From Octopus bimaculoides (taxonomy: Eukaryota): a DNA stretch of 44,871 nucleotides. A program made the translations under genes and the position numbers. The notes under the pieces are model-generated. The model saw only the letters and a program-made list of their open reading frames with translations, was not told the DNA's origin and did no database searches. Location: assembly GCF_001194135.2 (NCBI RefSeq), contig NC_068993.1, positions 20,504,845 through 20,549,715 of the forward strand. Direction: 5' to 3'. Below are positions 1 to 11,894 of the stretch, piece by piece (positions within the stretch are counted from its first letter, which is position 1; the number at the start of each line of letters is the position of its first letter).

Positions 1-1894
1 AACTGTTTAGCAACAGATCGCCAGCAATTGCTTCATCACAAATTGCCATCCTAGCTCCTGTGAAAAGGGATTACCCTGCCATGTATAATCAGGGCAGCGT
101 AAAAAGTTGTTTTGCACAAGCATTTCTATAGCCAATTACACGGATGAAATTTACGTATGCTTAATAATTTTACGCAAAACAGCCTTCAGACTTTCCCTAT
201 TAATTTCATCGTCTTTTGAATTATGAACATATTTACATCATAAGGGTTTTTTCGTTGTAAGGCTTTCTTTTTTAGTTGATTTTCAGCTAGCAAGACTTAT
301 CGTAGATGGCATAATAAGTCACACCCGGACAAGATCGGGTTATACTGCTAGTTTCATATAAATGACAGCTCGTTAAAAGCTATCTTGTTTAGCGTGCTAG
401 AAATATCAGCGATCACATAGTTATCATTGTAAGGCTTATAGTGTTCCAAGTAGCCATACCAACAAAATTTCTTCTTCATTAAAAAAAATATATATATAGC
501 GGCATATTAAAGAGTTTTTATTTTATCAAAAATATTCATTTAACAACGAATTAATAATGCTTACTATTAAACATTAAAAATCTACTCGACAGGGAAAGCA
601 ATGAATATTTAAATTCATGAAGAATTGGATGCAGTGAATGTAATGAATATCTAAATTTGCGAGAATTTAGATATTCAGTAAACTTCAGAAATCGAAATTA
701 TAGGCAATTTCTTAGGACATGAATTTATAAAAATATTTCATGACGGTCAAGCTTTTAATATTGTTTCCTTTTAGTACTTTTAATAATTGCTACATACCTA
801 ATTAATAGCAGCTTTCTCCATTATAGTATAGATATACATGAAAAGATGGAATTTGTCTAGCGAGAAACAAGTTATAAAAGAGTATTTGTTAAAATGGAAT
901 TTCATTTTTAATTTAATAGATAAATGTTTTATTGATGCCATAGGAATTTATAAACTTCGCGAGAATGTGAAATAATTCTTTAATTGGAACGGTGTATCTC
1001 GAAGCAAATAAAGCTGTAATAGCATGTATATATTGGGTTAAAAGTAGAAGGGTGCCTTCGATTTTTATTATTCATAGGGTTTATGTACACGATATTAACT
1101 ACAGCATTATTTGCATCCAGATACGCCCATGCGAAAAAGATGAATATTTGTTTTGTGAAGTGAATACAAATTATCACTCGTCCAAGATACAGCAGTGGGA
1201 CTGAACCCGAAGCTACATGGTTGTAAAAAGAAGTTTTAGACCCCACACCTACAGGCATGCTTGCATAGTTTAATATGTATATCAATAAATGGATAGATAT
1301 CATGACAGAACTAAGCAAATGAAAGAGAAAGAAGGATTTGGTGACTCAATAAATTCGGAGCCGGAGCAGAAGCGGTGGAGAATGTTAAGGAAGACATTAA
1401 CTAAATCGTGACTGACCCTAACATGAACAATGTTGTACATTTACTTAGTGATTCTTTCATCATTATTTCGGCATACGCGGTCGAAAGTTAGGTTTGGGTG
1501 GCAGGGTTAGAAAAAGACTACAGCATGCTTATAGCTGTCACCAGTGGTGGCTCGTGTATAGGAACTGCGGAACTGCGGCACCTCCTATTTCCACTCGATA
1601 TTGTCAATAACATTCAATATAATGAGTCCTTTTTCCTTTAATTCTTTCTTTGTAATCGTACATTATATAATCCTTAAGCTTAGCATCAGTAGCCATCCCC
1701 TACTTTATGAAAAAAATACAAAAACCCTTGTATAGGACTGTGCGCTTCACAGTTCCAGAATCCACATGCTCACGTGACTGAGATAGGAAGCTTCACGTTA
1801 GGGAGAGAGCACTACGTGAACGACAGTGCCGGGTGAAAGGTAGTGTTTATTTTTGACTCTGCTAGCTCGCCGCCTTAACCTGTATAATATTTTG

Positions 1895-2095
1895 ATACAA
1901 GGCCAGCAGTTTTGAGAGAGGGGTGAAGTCGATTGTATCAACCCCAGTACTCAACTGGTACTTATGCTGTCAACCTCGAAAGGAGGAAAGGCAAAGTCGA
2001 CATCGGCGGAATTTGAACTCAGAACGTGAAGACGGGCGAAATGCCGCTAAGTGTTTTGCTCGGCGCGGTAACGATTCTGCCAACTCGCCGCCTTA
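1895..2095 (-). mobile_element. SINE family A copy (head GGCGGCGAGYTGGCAGAATCGTT, core TTCTGAGTTCAAATTCCGCCG..GACTTTGCCTTTCATCCTTTC)
   Basis: Reverse complement matches the ~200-bp repeat recurring more than 10 times in the window. Confidence 0.8.
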
Positions 2096-2104
2096 ACCTG
2101 CGTA

Positions 2105-2322
2105 AGAACCCTTTCTACTGTAAGCACAAGGCCTGAAATTTTGGGGGAAGTGTCTAGTCGATTACATCGACCCCAGCGCGTAACTGGTACTTACTTCATG
2201 AACCCCGAAAGAACGAAGGGCAAACCCATTACGTAAAGACGGACGAAATGCCGCTTAAGATAGACGAAATGCCGTTAAGCATTTCTCCTAGTGCGGTCAT
2301 TATTCTACCTGCTCGCCACATT
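2105..2322 (-). mobile_element. SINE family A copy
   Basis: Contains GATTACATCGACCCCAG..AACTGGTACTTA..CCCCGAAAG, shared with the other copies. Confidence 0.75.
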
Positions 2323-2364
2323 AANNNNNNNNNNNNNNNNNNNNNTGACACGTAGTCACGCAAA

Positions 2365-2420
2365 TTTTAATGATTAAACTTTGGTGAATGATTAAACTTT
2401 GGTGAATGATTAAACTTTGG
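2365..2420. repeat. 18-bp tandem repeat (ATGATTAAACTTTGGTGA) x3
   Basis: Read directly; lies next to the gap at 2324-2345. Confidence 0.9.
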
Positions 2421-2458
2421 TGGGTATAAAGGCTAGCTCTGGGTGCTGTGCTTGAGGG

Positions 2459-2665
2459 TGTAGTGAAACTACCTATCGCCATTAGATACAAAACTGTTAT
2501 CGCCATTCTTCTCATTTAAATATAAACAAGCGCGGGCGTAGCGGAAAACATCAACCTTGTCATCACGTGACTGATCATTATTCGAATCGGCAACTTCTTC
2601 GAACCGTTCCCGCCAGAACGCAAACTGACCAATCACAGCCCTTAATAAGGTCACGTGATAAGGGT
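2459..2665 (+). mobile_element. LTR fragment, same family as the solo LTR at 6470-7620
   Basis: Starts TGTAGTGAAACTACCT, the reverse complement of the 7620 terminus; ~200 bp of clear similarity to 7400-7620. Confidence 0.7.
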
Positions 2666-2674
2666 AATTAATTG

Positions 2675-3250
2675 AAGTGACATTGTCAGGACCGTGGAGT
2701 AATTGGTTTGAAGCCATTGGAGATATCTTTACACCAGGTGCTAATGCTGAACCTGGGAAGAACTGACAGAGATAGTCTTAAGAGATCTGCCGCCAAGTGT
2801 TTGCTTGGCGGCGTGCAGTTGGCAGCAAAGCGGAGGAATGATCCGTGGAGTTATTGCTCATAGAATCATCGTTATTATGAAGTGGAGGGAAAGAGAATTC
2901 TGCAGATTTGGTGAATATTCTTTTTGTAGAGAACCAGAAAGATCGGTTGCAGTTTGGGAGATAGGACAGCTTGAAAGCTGTGCGACGCACAAAGGTATCG
3001 TTCGAAGTAGATAGTCATCATGCAACAATTACGGTTCTGAATAAACAACGCTTAGTTTTGAGAAGGGATGAGTCTTCCAGTCGTTGTAAGCCCTTTTTTT
3101 TTGCTTGAAAATCTGCAATGCAACTATATGTGAACCACTTGGGTGACATGGGGAACTGAGCGCTTGTTGTATGTGGGATGTTGAAGGACATGTCCAAAAG
3201 GTTAGTTTTAATCATCAGTGAAAATGGTTTTCTTGGGTCAGGAATGAAAT
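2675..3250 (-). pseudogene. Degenerate CR1/L2/Jockey-group LINE ORF2 fragment (EN-RT linker)
   Basis: Minus-strand peptides PKWFTYSCIA and LPNCNRSFWFSTKRIFTKSAEFSFPPLH resemble the PWF..C and FW..K.I...SFPPL motifs of this LINE group; frame broken. Confidence 0.5.
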
Positions 3251-3265
3251 ATACATGCTACCAGA

Positions 3266-3629
3266 CAGGGTCGGATTTATAGGGCGGCGAACGGGGCTGT
3301 TGCCCCGGGCCACTGATAGATATTGGGGGCCCCTCTACGAAAGGTATATAGCACTCAATACAGGATGGCTCCACCTCCCAGCAATCGGGTATGAAGAAGC
3401 TCTCTTCTAATATACAAAGGTATCTTGGCTTCTTAAAAACCGTAATAGACTCTCTTTTATGATAAATAACCATAGATTTTGCCACCTTAGAGACACCAAT
3501 TAATTCAATGAAGAATTAAATGGTTTTTGAGATTTAAATTTAGTAATTTTCCAAGATTTTAATTCTTGTGTATGAGTGGCCCACTGAAATTGAAGTGCCC
3601 CGGACCCCCGTGGTTTAAATCCGGTCCTG
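3266..3629. mobile_element. Non-autonomous hAT-type MITE (364 bp)
   Basis: TIRs CAGGGTCGGATTTATA and CAGGACCGGATTTAAA (13/16 match); exact 8-bp TSD CTACCAGA at 3258-3265 and 3630-3637. Confidence 0.9.
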
Positions 3630-3811
3630 CTACCAGAGGTAGTTATATAAAACTATTGAGTGTGGATCCTTGTTCTGAAATGGAAAGGGTAATGTGAGGA
3701 TTAGTGATGTCAAAGATTAATCTTATCAGATTTAATAAGCTATATTTTATTTCCCTTAAAATGGGGTGGTTTTGTACCTGTAACAGAAATCATTATTATA
3801 GGGGTGGGCAA

Positions 3812-4025
3812 GGCGGCAAACTGACACAATCGTTAGCATGCCAGGCAGAATCTTAGCGGTATCCTGTCCATCTTTATGTTCTGAGTTCAAATTCTGCCGG
3901 AGTCAACTACCCCTTTCATCCTTTCAGGGTTGATAAAATGAGCATAAGTTGAGCACTGGGGTCGATGTAATCGACTAGCTCCTCCTCCAAATTTTTAGGC
4001 CTTCTGCCTATAAAAGAAAGGATTA
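3812..4025 (+). mobile_element. SINE family A copy
   Basis: GGCGGCAAACTGACACAATCGTTAGCA..TTCTGAGTTCAAATTCTGCC..TTTCATCCTTTCAGGGTTGATAA. Confidence 0.8.
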
Positions 4026-5664
4026 TTATGAGAGTGGTGGATAGTAAAAATTATAGAGTAGTATTTATTTGCTACGTCTCTCTGCGTTCAAATCCTATCG
4101 AAATGCAACTGATTTTTCATCATTCTAAGGTCGATAAATACTGAGGTTTATACCTCGCCCTCCTAGCTAAACTGCTGTTTGTTTGTATGTTAGAATTTAT
4201 AGAGATGAATTATTCCTTTTAGGTTAAATCTAAATTTAGGCATACAAACTTCATTTTAGAAGCTGTATGAGAATTATCTGTTTACACGTAACAGAGAATT
4301 TACGCTGTGTAGTTCCCCACTACACTTTCGGAAGTAAAAGATAAGGGAAAAACCCACCGAAAAATAGACATATTTCTATGAACGTAAGTAAAGATCATGA
4401 ACATAGTTACAAAATATGATGTGTGTGCGTGGGAGTGCATGCTTGCTGAGTCTTGAAACTGAAACTGTAACATGTTTACCCTTTCGTTACTGTATTTATT
4501 TTGTGATGCTCTTTGTTTCTTTCAATTACTTTAAATGTAACAAAGAATTTAGTAAAATAACTTAGTTATCGTTCAGCTAGTGTCAGGAACATAAATTGTG
4601 ACTATGGTTTGGTGGAAGATTTTAATTCAGAACTTATGGAAACATGACATTTGTATTCAGAGCTAGAGCCGGTTTCAACCGTTTTAGCAGCATTATAGAG
4701 CATCGGGTAAAAGAACACCCCAGTGTCTATCGTATTCATTGGAAGCTAATCACAGCCTTCATAGGTCAACATTAAGTCTTTATCCCTGTGACCAAATCTC
4801 CCTCAAATAACCTTTTACTGTCTTCAGAAGAGACAAGACATATATAATAATAGTTCTAGATACCCATAAAAAAGTAAGAAGGACAAAGCTTGCTCAAATC
4901 TTCCGGGATCAATGAAATAAATTAAATGTCAAGTACTTTGTTGTGTAGGCAGAAATAAACAAAGCATAAGCGGATATGAGAGGACAAAAGAGCATTTAAA
5001 ATTTCTTCTTTGTTATTTTTCCCTTCGAATTAAAAAAAAATATTAAGCACACAAACATGTGTGCTTAATATATTTGACTGTCAAATGAAATATTCGCATA
5101 TACCTCAACCTGTCCATAACTGCATGTATATATGCATGCCTTTCTTGAAAAGAACAATGTTTAGCCTTTTTATCTCCTACTGTTTTTGTTTACTCATATG
5201 CATAGATATATAAATGGATAAACATTTAAAAGTAGTAAATTTTCTAAGGGAAACAACTCGTTTCGTTAAGCCTGTTCTTTACTTTGTATGAAAATTAATT
5301 TACCAAGTTGGGTCGTTTCATTTATGAAGCTTGTACCCTGAAAAGGATTAATGTCACAAAACTCGTCGTCGTCGTCATCCACATCCTGCTTTTGAAAACT
5401 AGAATCTGGTGTTTACTCAAGCTCAGATTAACCCTGATTCAGCAGACATTTCGTCAAAGGCCTTGTTTCCATCATCCCTTGTTTTTTTAGGAACTGTGTT
5501 ATAAAATTCGTTAATAACTTATCCTTCTTTTTAAAACATGTGATTTGGGAGAGATTTAACTGCAACTTCTATAAAGTTGAAAGACCACGGAAGAAGCTGT
5601 CTGGCTGGTTTGTGATAGTTAATCAAAACGACGTTAAAATGCAAACGATTCTGATCCATTAGTG

Positions 5665-5835
5665 CAGACATGGCTGCGTGGTTGAGAAGCTTGCTTCCTA
5701 ATCATATGGTATTAGGTTCAGTCACTCTGTGCGGTACCTGGGGTAAGTGTCTTTTACTACAGCCCCAGACCGGCCGAAGCCTTGTCAGTGGATTTGGTAT
5801 ATGGCAACTGGAAACTGAAAGAAGCATTGTACGTA
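5665..5835 (+). mobile_element. SINE family B, 5' tRNA-like head and central part
   Basis: TGGCTGCGTGGTTGAGAAGCTTGCTTCC..GGTTCAGTC..AAGTGTCTT; matches 21135-21300 and minus-strand copies. Confidence 0.75.
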
Positions 5836-6324
5836 TGTCATTGTTCAGTTTTATTTCAAGATTTCTTGCCAATAGAGAAAAAGCCGGTTTCCAATGTAAA
5901 TCCAAGACTCCTTCATTGAAATTTCAACATCAACAGGGTATTTTTACATGCATGTGTGTATATGTGCAGTTTTTGGAGTCGGTACATGTGCAGATTTCTA
6001 TGTTTTGTTTCATGTATGTATTCTCATGCGTGCAGTTGCATGTCAAGACATGCGCATACATACTTAAATGAAAAACTTTTGGAAAGGTTTACACATTTTT
6101 ACAGTTCCAGTGATGGCTTGAATCTGTAATCTTCAAATCAACTTTCTCCTTTCTGATTTTGAGAAGCCTAATTTCTTGATACTTAAGCAGTGTGTTACAT
6201 ATCCCGCTGTCAAAGTAATTACAGGTATAAACCTAAACGTGTAATCTGGGGAGAGTAATTGTAGATTTCTCAATAGTTCAGCGATGATCTTTAGCCTTAT
6301 GTTAACATCCGCCGAGAATTTGGT

Positions 6325-6372
6325 ATGTATGTATGTATGTATGTATGTATGTATGTATGTATGTATGTATGT
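6325..6372. repeat. (TATG)n microsatellite
   Basis: Read directly. Confidence 0.95.
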
Positions 6373-7712
6373 CTTGTGCTAGTCTTCCACCGTAGCTTGA
6401 CAACCGGTGTTAGCTTGTTTACGACCCAATAGCCTAGCGGTTCAGCATTAGGTTCCGCTAGAATAAGTATGTAGGAAAACGACCGTGCGTACTCATAAAA
6501 GGAGAAATGGTGACGAATGGAAAAACAGAGGACTCCTTTTATTTAAACGTGTCACACGGTCGAACACAAACTATCATATGATGATATACTGGTATGTTAT
6601 GCGACGATAACATAGATGACCAATAATGAAAGACCACATCCGTATAAGATGAATAACAGAAGTATTTATTATGGCGTTAAAGATGTATGTCTGTGTGAGG
6701 GTGTGAATGCGACATATAATAACATAATCAAAGACAGGCCGTCATACAAAGAAAAGTGTGTATGTGAGTGATACATGTATGTGTATGTGAAATATTACAG
6801 CAGAGAAAGAGAGTCAATAACACGTGAGCAATTATACCAGTTCTTTAGTACACTATAGGAAAAGTTCTGTATGTGAAAGTGAGGGGGGCTGAGTGTGGCA
6901 GAGCTGATCACTAGTTGTGATGTCGTGGCATCGATGCCAGGCCGTGATTCTTGTTATACAGATGTTCGTCGCTGGCTGAGAACTCTTGTCTGTTTATTTA
7001 CCGTNNNNNNNNNNNNNNNNNNNNNNNNNNNNNNNNNNNNNNNNNNNNNNNNNNNNNNNNNNNNNNNNNNNNNNNNNNNNNNNNNNNNNNNNNNNNNNNN
7101 NNNNNNNNNNNNNNNNNNNNNNNNNNNNNNNNNNNNNNNNNNNNNNNNNNNNNNNNNNNNNNNNNNNNNNNNNNNNNNNNNNNNNNNNNNNNNNNNNNNN
7201 NNNNNNNNNNNNNNNNNNNNNNNNNNNNNNNNNNNNNNNNNNNNNNNNNNNNNNNNNNNNNNNNNNNNNNNNNNNNNNNNNNNNNNNNNNNNNNNNNNNN
7301 NNNNNNNNNNNNNNNNNNNNNNNNNNNNNGGACCGAGACAAATTTGTTGGGTATGAGTTGATCTATTTAAGGCGAATTATTGGCTCCCGAATGCTTCAGT
7401 TTAATACTCTATCACGTGACCTTATTAGGGGCTGTGATTGGTCAGTTTGCGTTCTGGCGGGAACGGTTCGAAGAAGTTGCCGATTCGAATAATAATCAGT
7501 CACGTGATGCCAAGGAATGGGTTCTCTACTACGCTCGCATTTATTTATATTTAAATGAGAAGATTGTATGTAATGGCGATAGTAGTTTTGTATCTAATGG
7601 CGGGAGGTAGTTTCACTACAAGTACCTGGTTTTTAAAAAAATAAGTACTGAGGTGGATTTGCTCAACTGAACTGTTTGTAGCTGTGCCTCAGCATGGTCG
7701 CAGTCTAATGAC
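6372..7712 (+). mobile_element. SINE family B 3' part, split by the solo LTR (pieces 6372-6469 and 7621-7712)
   Basis: Joining the two pieces reconstitutes the family B tail seen intact at 21340-21525. Confidence 0.75.
6470..7620 (-). mobile_element. Solo LTR of an LTR retrotransposon (contains gap 7005-7329)
   Basis: Termini TGTAG...CTACA; 4-bp TSD AGTA (6466-6469, 7621-7624). On the minus strand, CCAAT and two CACGTG boxes precede an AATAAA at 6993-6998. Confidence 0.85.
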
Positions 7713-7939
7713 TGAAACAAGTGAAAGGTAAAACGCACATTACAACTTTATTAACAATAAGGAAAAGAAAGAATACGAAGAGTTAGCAAAAGTTGTGTGC
7801 AGCGATGCGTGGAGGGGAGAGAAACTCATCCACACAGTATGCACAGAGTTATGTTAAATAAGAATCTTTAGAGCGAGGACAAAGATAGGACTCTTGGCCA
7901 GTTGACTGCACACAGTCAATTTGAACGAACCTGTTTATG

Positions 7940-7945
<6 letters not shown>

Positions 7946-7981
<36 letters not shown>
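7946..7981. repeat. (GA)n microsatellite
   Basis: Read directly. Confidence 0.95.
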
Positions 7982-7982
<1 letters not shown>

Positions 7983-8509
7983 AATTTGACCTATGTTTTC
8001 ACCAAGGGGATATAAATAATGTAAACACTCATTGATGATTTTACTTGCAAACAAAATGAGTGACGAAATTGAATTATTGGACATGCTGTTTTATTGTCAG
8101 TTAATATTTCTATTTGTTTTAGAAACTTTTTTTGTTTATGTTTATGAGAAAGAGAAGGAAAAGGAATAAAAGAAAAACGATTCAATGTAAATAACATTTT
8201 TAATGAAGCGTGGATAGAAGAATGTAAACTCTATACATGGTGGGCGAGAGAAAAAGCGACAGCTACATACACATATGTGTATGCATGCATATACATGCAT
8301 TTATGTTTGTGTATGTATCAAATATTTGCTAAAAGTGTTTGTATTTGTCAAGGAAACAGCATTAATAGTACTCACAGAGACATGTTCAGACAAGTAAAGC
8401 TTAAAATGAAAAGAAAGAAGCTACAAGTAAATAAGGCACACATCACAATCCATTTTCTTCGACTGTGACTATCTTCTTTATGCTTATTTTTATTAATGTT
8501 GTTCAATAA

Positions 8510-8705
8510 AGGCGGTGGTTTGGCAAATTCGTTGTTGGGTATTTGTTTTAGCTCTTTACATTCTGAGTTCAAATCCGACCGAGGTTAACTTTTCTTTTCA
8601 TCCTTCAGGTGCCGCCAAAATAAAGTACCAGTCACATATTGGAGTCGATGTTACGGAAAAATCCAACCCGTCAAAATTTCTGACTTCGTACCTATTTAGA
8701 AGCAA
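8510..8705 (+). mobile_element. SINE family A copy
   Basis: Family A core TTCTGAGTTCAAATCCGACCGAGGTTAACTTT..CATCCTT..AAGTACCAGT. Confidence 0.7.
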
Positions 8706-8739
8706 TTATTGTTGATGCAAACTTTATTATACACACATA

Positions 8740-9095
8740 CTTTTTGTTGCAGTCTTGCTGGAGCACTGCTTTGAAGGGTTTAGTCCAACGAATCTACGCC
8801 AGTACTTATTTTTAAGCTTGCTACTTATTCTATCGATCTTTTTCTGCAGAAACAGTAAGTTACAAGGGCGTAAACAAACCATCATCGGTTGTTAAGCAGT
8901 GATGGGGGGTAAACACAAAGATGCATGCACGCACCTATCTATCTATCTATCTACGACAGGCTTCTTTCAGTTTTCGTCTACCAAATCCACTCACAAGGCT
9001 GTAGTGCAAGATACTTGCACAACGTGCCGCGCAGTGGAGCTGAACCTGAAGTCACATGGTTGGGAAGCGAACTTCTTTCCACGCAATCAGGTCTG
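8740..9095 (-). mobile_element. SINE family B copy
   Basis: Reverse complement of the 21135-21525 type element. Confidence 0.75.
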
Positions 9096-9471
9096 CGCCT
9101 ATATATGTAGATTATATGAAATAGTAACACAGTATGTTTATTCATCACGCATCTTATTCAGAATGCTGTTTCGTTTACCGGTCAAAAATATATCAAACTT
9201 ATTACAAGCCAGAAAGACATGCATAATCTATCTCACTGACCTTATAAATAGGCGGCCTGGAGCCAAGCGAAAATACTAATATCGAGTCAATTACCATAGT
9301 GTTTAGTTACGTTTCTTCACGTCCTCAGTGCATGTCTTACTGCCCTTATCTTCCTGCTATCGCCAAAAGATACACCATTTGACTACCAGCGCCGATTTAA
9401 TCGATTTAACTTCTTTCCTAAAATATTTTGATTTTATATTAAAGTTAGAAATCATTATTCATATTCTTTAC

Positions 9472-9645
9472 AAAGAGGCGAGTTGGCAGAATCGCTACAT
9501 TCTGAGTTCAAATTCCGCTGACTTCGACTTTGCCTTTCATCCTTTCGGGGTCAATAAATTAAGTACCAGTCGTGTACTGGGGTTGATCTAATCGGCTGTC
9601 ACCCTCCTCCGAAATTTCAGGCTTTGTGCCTGGAGTAGAAAGGAT
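9472..9645 (+). mobile_element. SINE family A copy with internal deletion
   Basis: GGCGAGTTGGCAGAATCG..TTCTGAGTTCAAATTCCGC..GACTTTGCCTTTCATCCTTTCGGGGTC. Confidence 0.8.
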
Positions 9646-9721
9646 TATTTATATTCTTCTCTCAAACTGTAAAAACTGACTCTTTAGTTATCATTATCAT
9701 TCATCCTTATTACCATTACGA

Positions 9722-9865
9722 AGGGCGGTGGATGGGGAGAATCGAAAGAGAGTCAGATAAAATGTTTTACGGGATTTTTTCTGGAGCTTTACGTTCTGAG
9801 CTCAAATCCCGTCGGTCAACTATCCTTTCAACGCTTCCCTTGGTGCTTATGCTAGAAACAAATAA
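9722..9865 (+). mobile_element. SINE family A copy, degenerate
   Basis: Family A head and core are recognisable. Confidence 0.65.
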
Positions 9866-10388
9866 CTATTTCTACTCTTGGTACAAGGCCTTGAGTGGAG
9901 GCGCAATGGCCCAGTGGTTAGGGCAGCGGACTCCCGGTCATAGGATCGCGGTTTCGATTCCCAGACCGGGCGTTGTGAGTGGTTATTGAGCGAAAACACC
10001 TAAAGCTCCACGAGGATCCGCCAGGGGATGGTGGTGAACCCTGCTGTACTCTTCCACCACAACTTTCTCTCACTCTTACTTCCTGTTTCTGTTGTGCTTG
10101 TAATCCAAAGGGTCAGCCTTGTCACACTGTCCCCTAGAACTACGTTAAGGGTACACGTGTCTGTGGAGTGCTCAGCCACTTGCACGTTAACTTCACGAGC
10201 AGGCTGTTCCGTTGATCGGATCGACTGGAACCCTCGACGCCGTAAGCGACGGAGTGCCAACACACACACAACACAAGGCCTTGAAAATTTTTCGGGGAAA
10301 GGGAGCTAGTTGATTACATCGACTCCAGTGCGTAACTGGTACTTATTTCATCGACCCCGAAAGGATGAAAGGCAAAGCCACCCTCGGC
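9866..10388 (-). mobile_element. 5'-truncated SINE family A copy, itself interrupted by a tRNA-SINE
   Basis: Flanked by the 15-bp direct repeat GCTAGAAACAAATAA (9851-9865, 10389-10403). Confidence 0.75.
9895..10272 (+). mobile_element. Full-length tRNA-derived SINE (family D)
   Basis: A box TGGCCCAGTGG, B box GGTTTCGATTCCC, (CA) tail, 12-bp TSD ACAAGGCCTTGA (9883-9894, 10273-10284). Confidence 0.9.
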
Positions 10389-10577
10389 GCTAGAAACAAA
10401 TAATACCTTCACTGTTACCGTTGCCATCATAACTACTCTTAAAGGCTGCAGATGAGACTCTTCGCCAAGTTGGATAGAATGCCTTACGGTATTTGTTTCT
10501 GCTCTCTGCCCACTGAATTTGAATACCACCGATGTCAACTTTGCCTTTCATCCTTTTGTAGGGGATAAAGGTGCCCG

Positions 10578-10822
10578 ACTCAGTGGTTAGGGTTCGATTC
10601 CTGGCGGTGCGTTGCATCTTTGTGCAAGACACATTATTTCACGTTTCTCCAGTCTACTCAGCTAGCAAAATTGATGCTGTATCACACTGAATTTCCTTAA
10701 GAACCACATTAAGTGAACACGTGTCTGTGGAGTGCTCAGCCACTTGCACGTTAATTTTACGAGCAGGCTGTTCCGTTGATTGGATCAACTGAAACCCTCG
10801 TCATCGTAATCGACTGAGTGTC
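10578..10822 (+). mobile_element. tRNA-derived SINE with a different centre but the family D 3' tail
   Basis: CAGTGGTTAGGGTTCGATTCC head; 10717-10822 nearly identical to 10153-10258. Confidence 0.75.
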
Positions 10823-11894
10823 AGTTAAGGTTGAAGGAGGATTAAGTAATTGTCTCAAATTGGATTCAATCCAGCACTGGCTGTTTCTCTCTCACTCTGT
10901 TTGTGGAATGAACATCTGCTTAAACGTTAGTTTCATAATTAGAAATTCAGCCAATAGCACAGTTTAATGTTCGTCGTTGAGACCGACGAAGAATCTACCT
11001 CAGTTACTGTCACAGTTTTTCTCTTTTTAGTTTTCACCAGTTTTCTTTCTGTTTACTGAAATATAAAAATAAATATTTGAAGTGCAATAATAACTGAATC
11101 CAATAAAGACCAATATACGAAATATACACTAGATTAGCTTACAGTACTTAAAACTTAATGACATGTTTGCGTTACAAAACAACAAAAGTAATTTCGTAGA
11201 ATTATCAACATCTAGGTTTACTATAGTTTATATCTGATAACAGTTACATTTATTGCAATTTAGAACCTCATTAGAACTTGCTTACATATAGGATTGACAA
11301 TGCCTAGGTAATTACGGCATATGAACATTTCTAGTGCAACTAATATTTAAGTTCCTCTATATCTATGTTTGTAAAGCGTCTTGTTGTTGTCATGTAAGAA
11401 TCAGAATTTTAGATCTCGTTACGTCGTTTAGAATTAATCCTGATCTAAATCTTATTAATATCTAAGCGACCAAAAATTACCGACAATAAGTGAAACTGAC
11501 ATCACTTATTGCCATCAACAATTAAATATTCTTATATTACATCATGTTGGTAAACTCGCATGTTTGTTAAAGAACATCATTAAATGATAGTTGTGTACAG
11601 GCAGAATTAATAGCTCGTCGGATGACATTACCTCAGTCTACATTCTAACTTCATACCTTTACGAATGGACTTTGCGTGTGAAATGACTAGTAAAGATTAG
11701 TGTTTGTCATGTTTTGGAGCTCATTCAAGTGACTATAATCTTCTAAATCCGTGGCCCAACATTTCTATTTATCATGCCCCTCCATTAGCATCTCTCAGCC
11801 AGTGGCTTTTCTTACACCCAGGATTTTCACATAACTTTCATATTTTTTCACTTCAAAGGCATTTTTTCTTTTCTCCTGGTTCTTTCCTGTCGAG

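Noticed and set aside
992-1204. ORF with RPCEKDEYLFCE, superficially Cys-module-like
   Set aside because: No convincing domain pattern or partner exons; the 3' end runs into a SINE remnant.
2365-2420. Short direct repeats suggesting a CRISPR array
   Set aside because: Contiguous 18-bp tandem units with no spacers, in eukaryotic context.
4474-4690. Possible piggyBac-like MITE starting TTTACCCTTTCGTTAC
   Set aside because: Only one degenerate terminus is visible; no second TIR or TSD.
6895-7492. Long ORFs spanning N runs (also 17190-17445, 18135-18960, 33954-34467)
   Set aside because: Artefacts of translating assembly gaps.
2459-7620. A single 5.2-kb element with 200-bp TGT-starting TIRs (Ginger-like)
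   Set aside because: There is no shared TSD, and the right copy is fully explained as a solo LTR with its own AGTA TSD.
9895-9975. tRNA-like sequence
   Set aside because: The acceptor stem is incomplete and it continues into a SINE body with a TSD, so it is not a tRNA gene. The same applies to 28927-29000 and 15915-16000.
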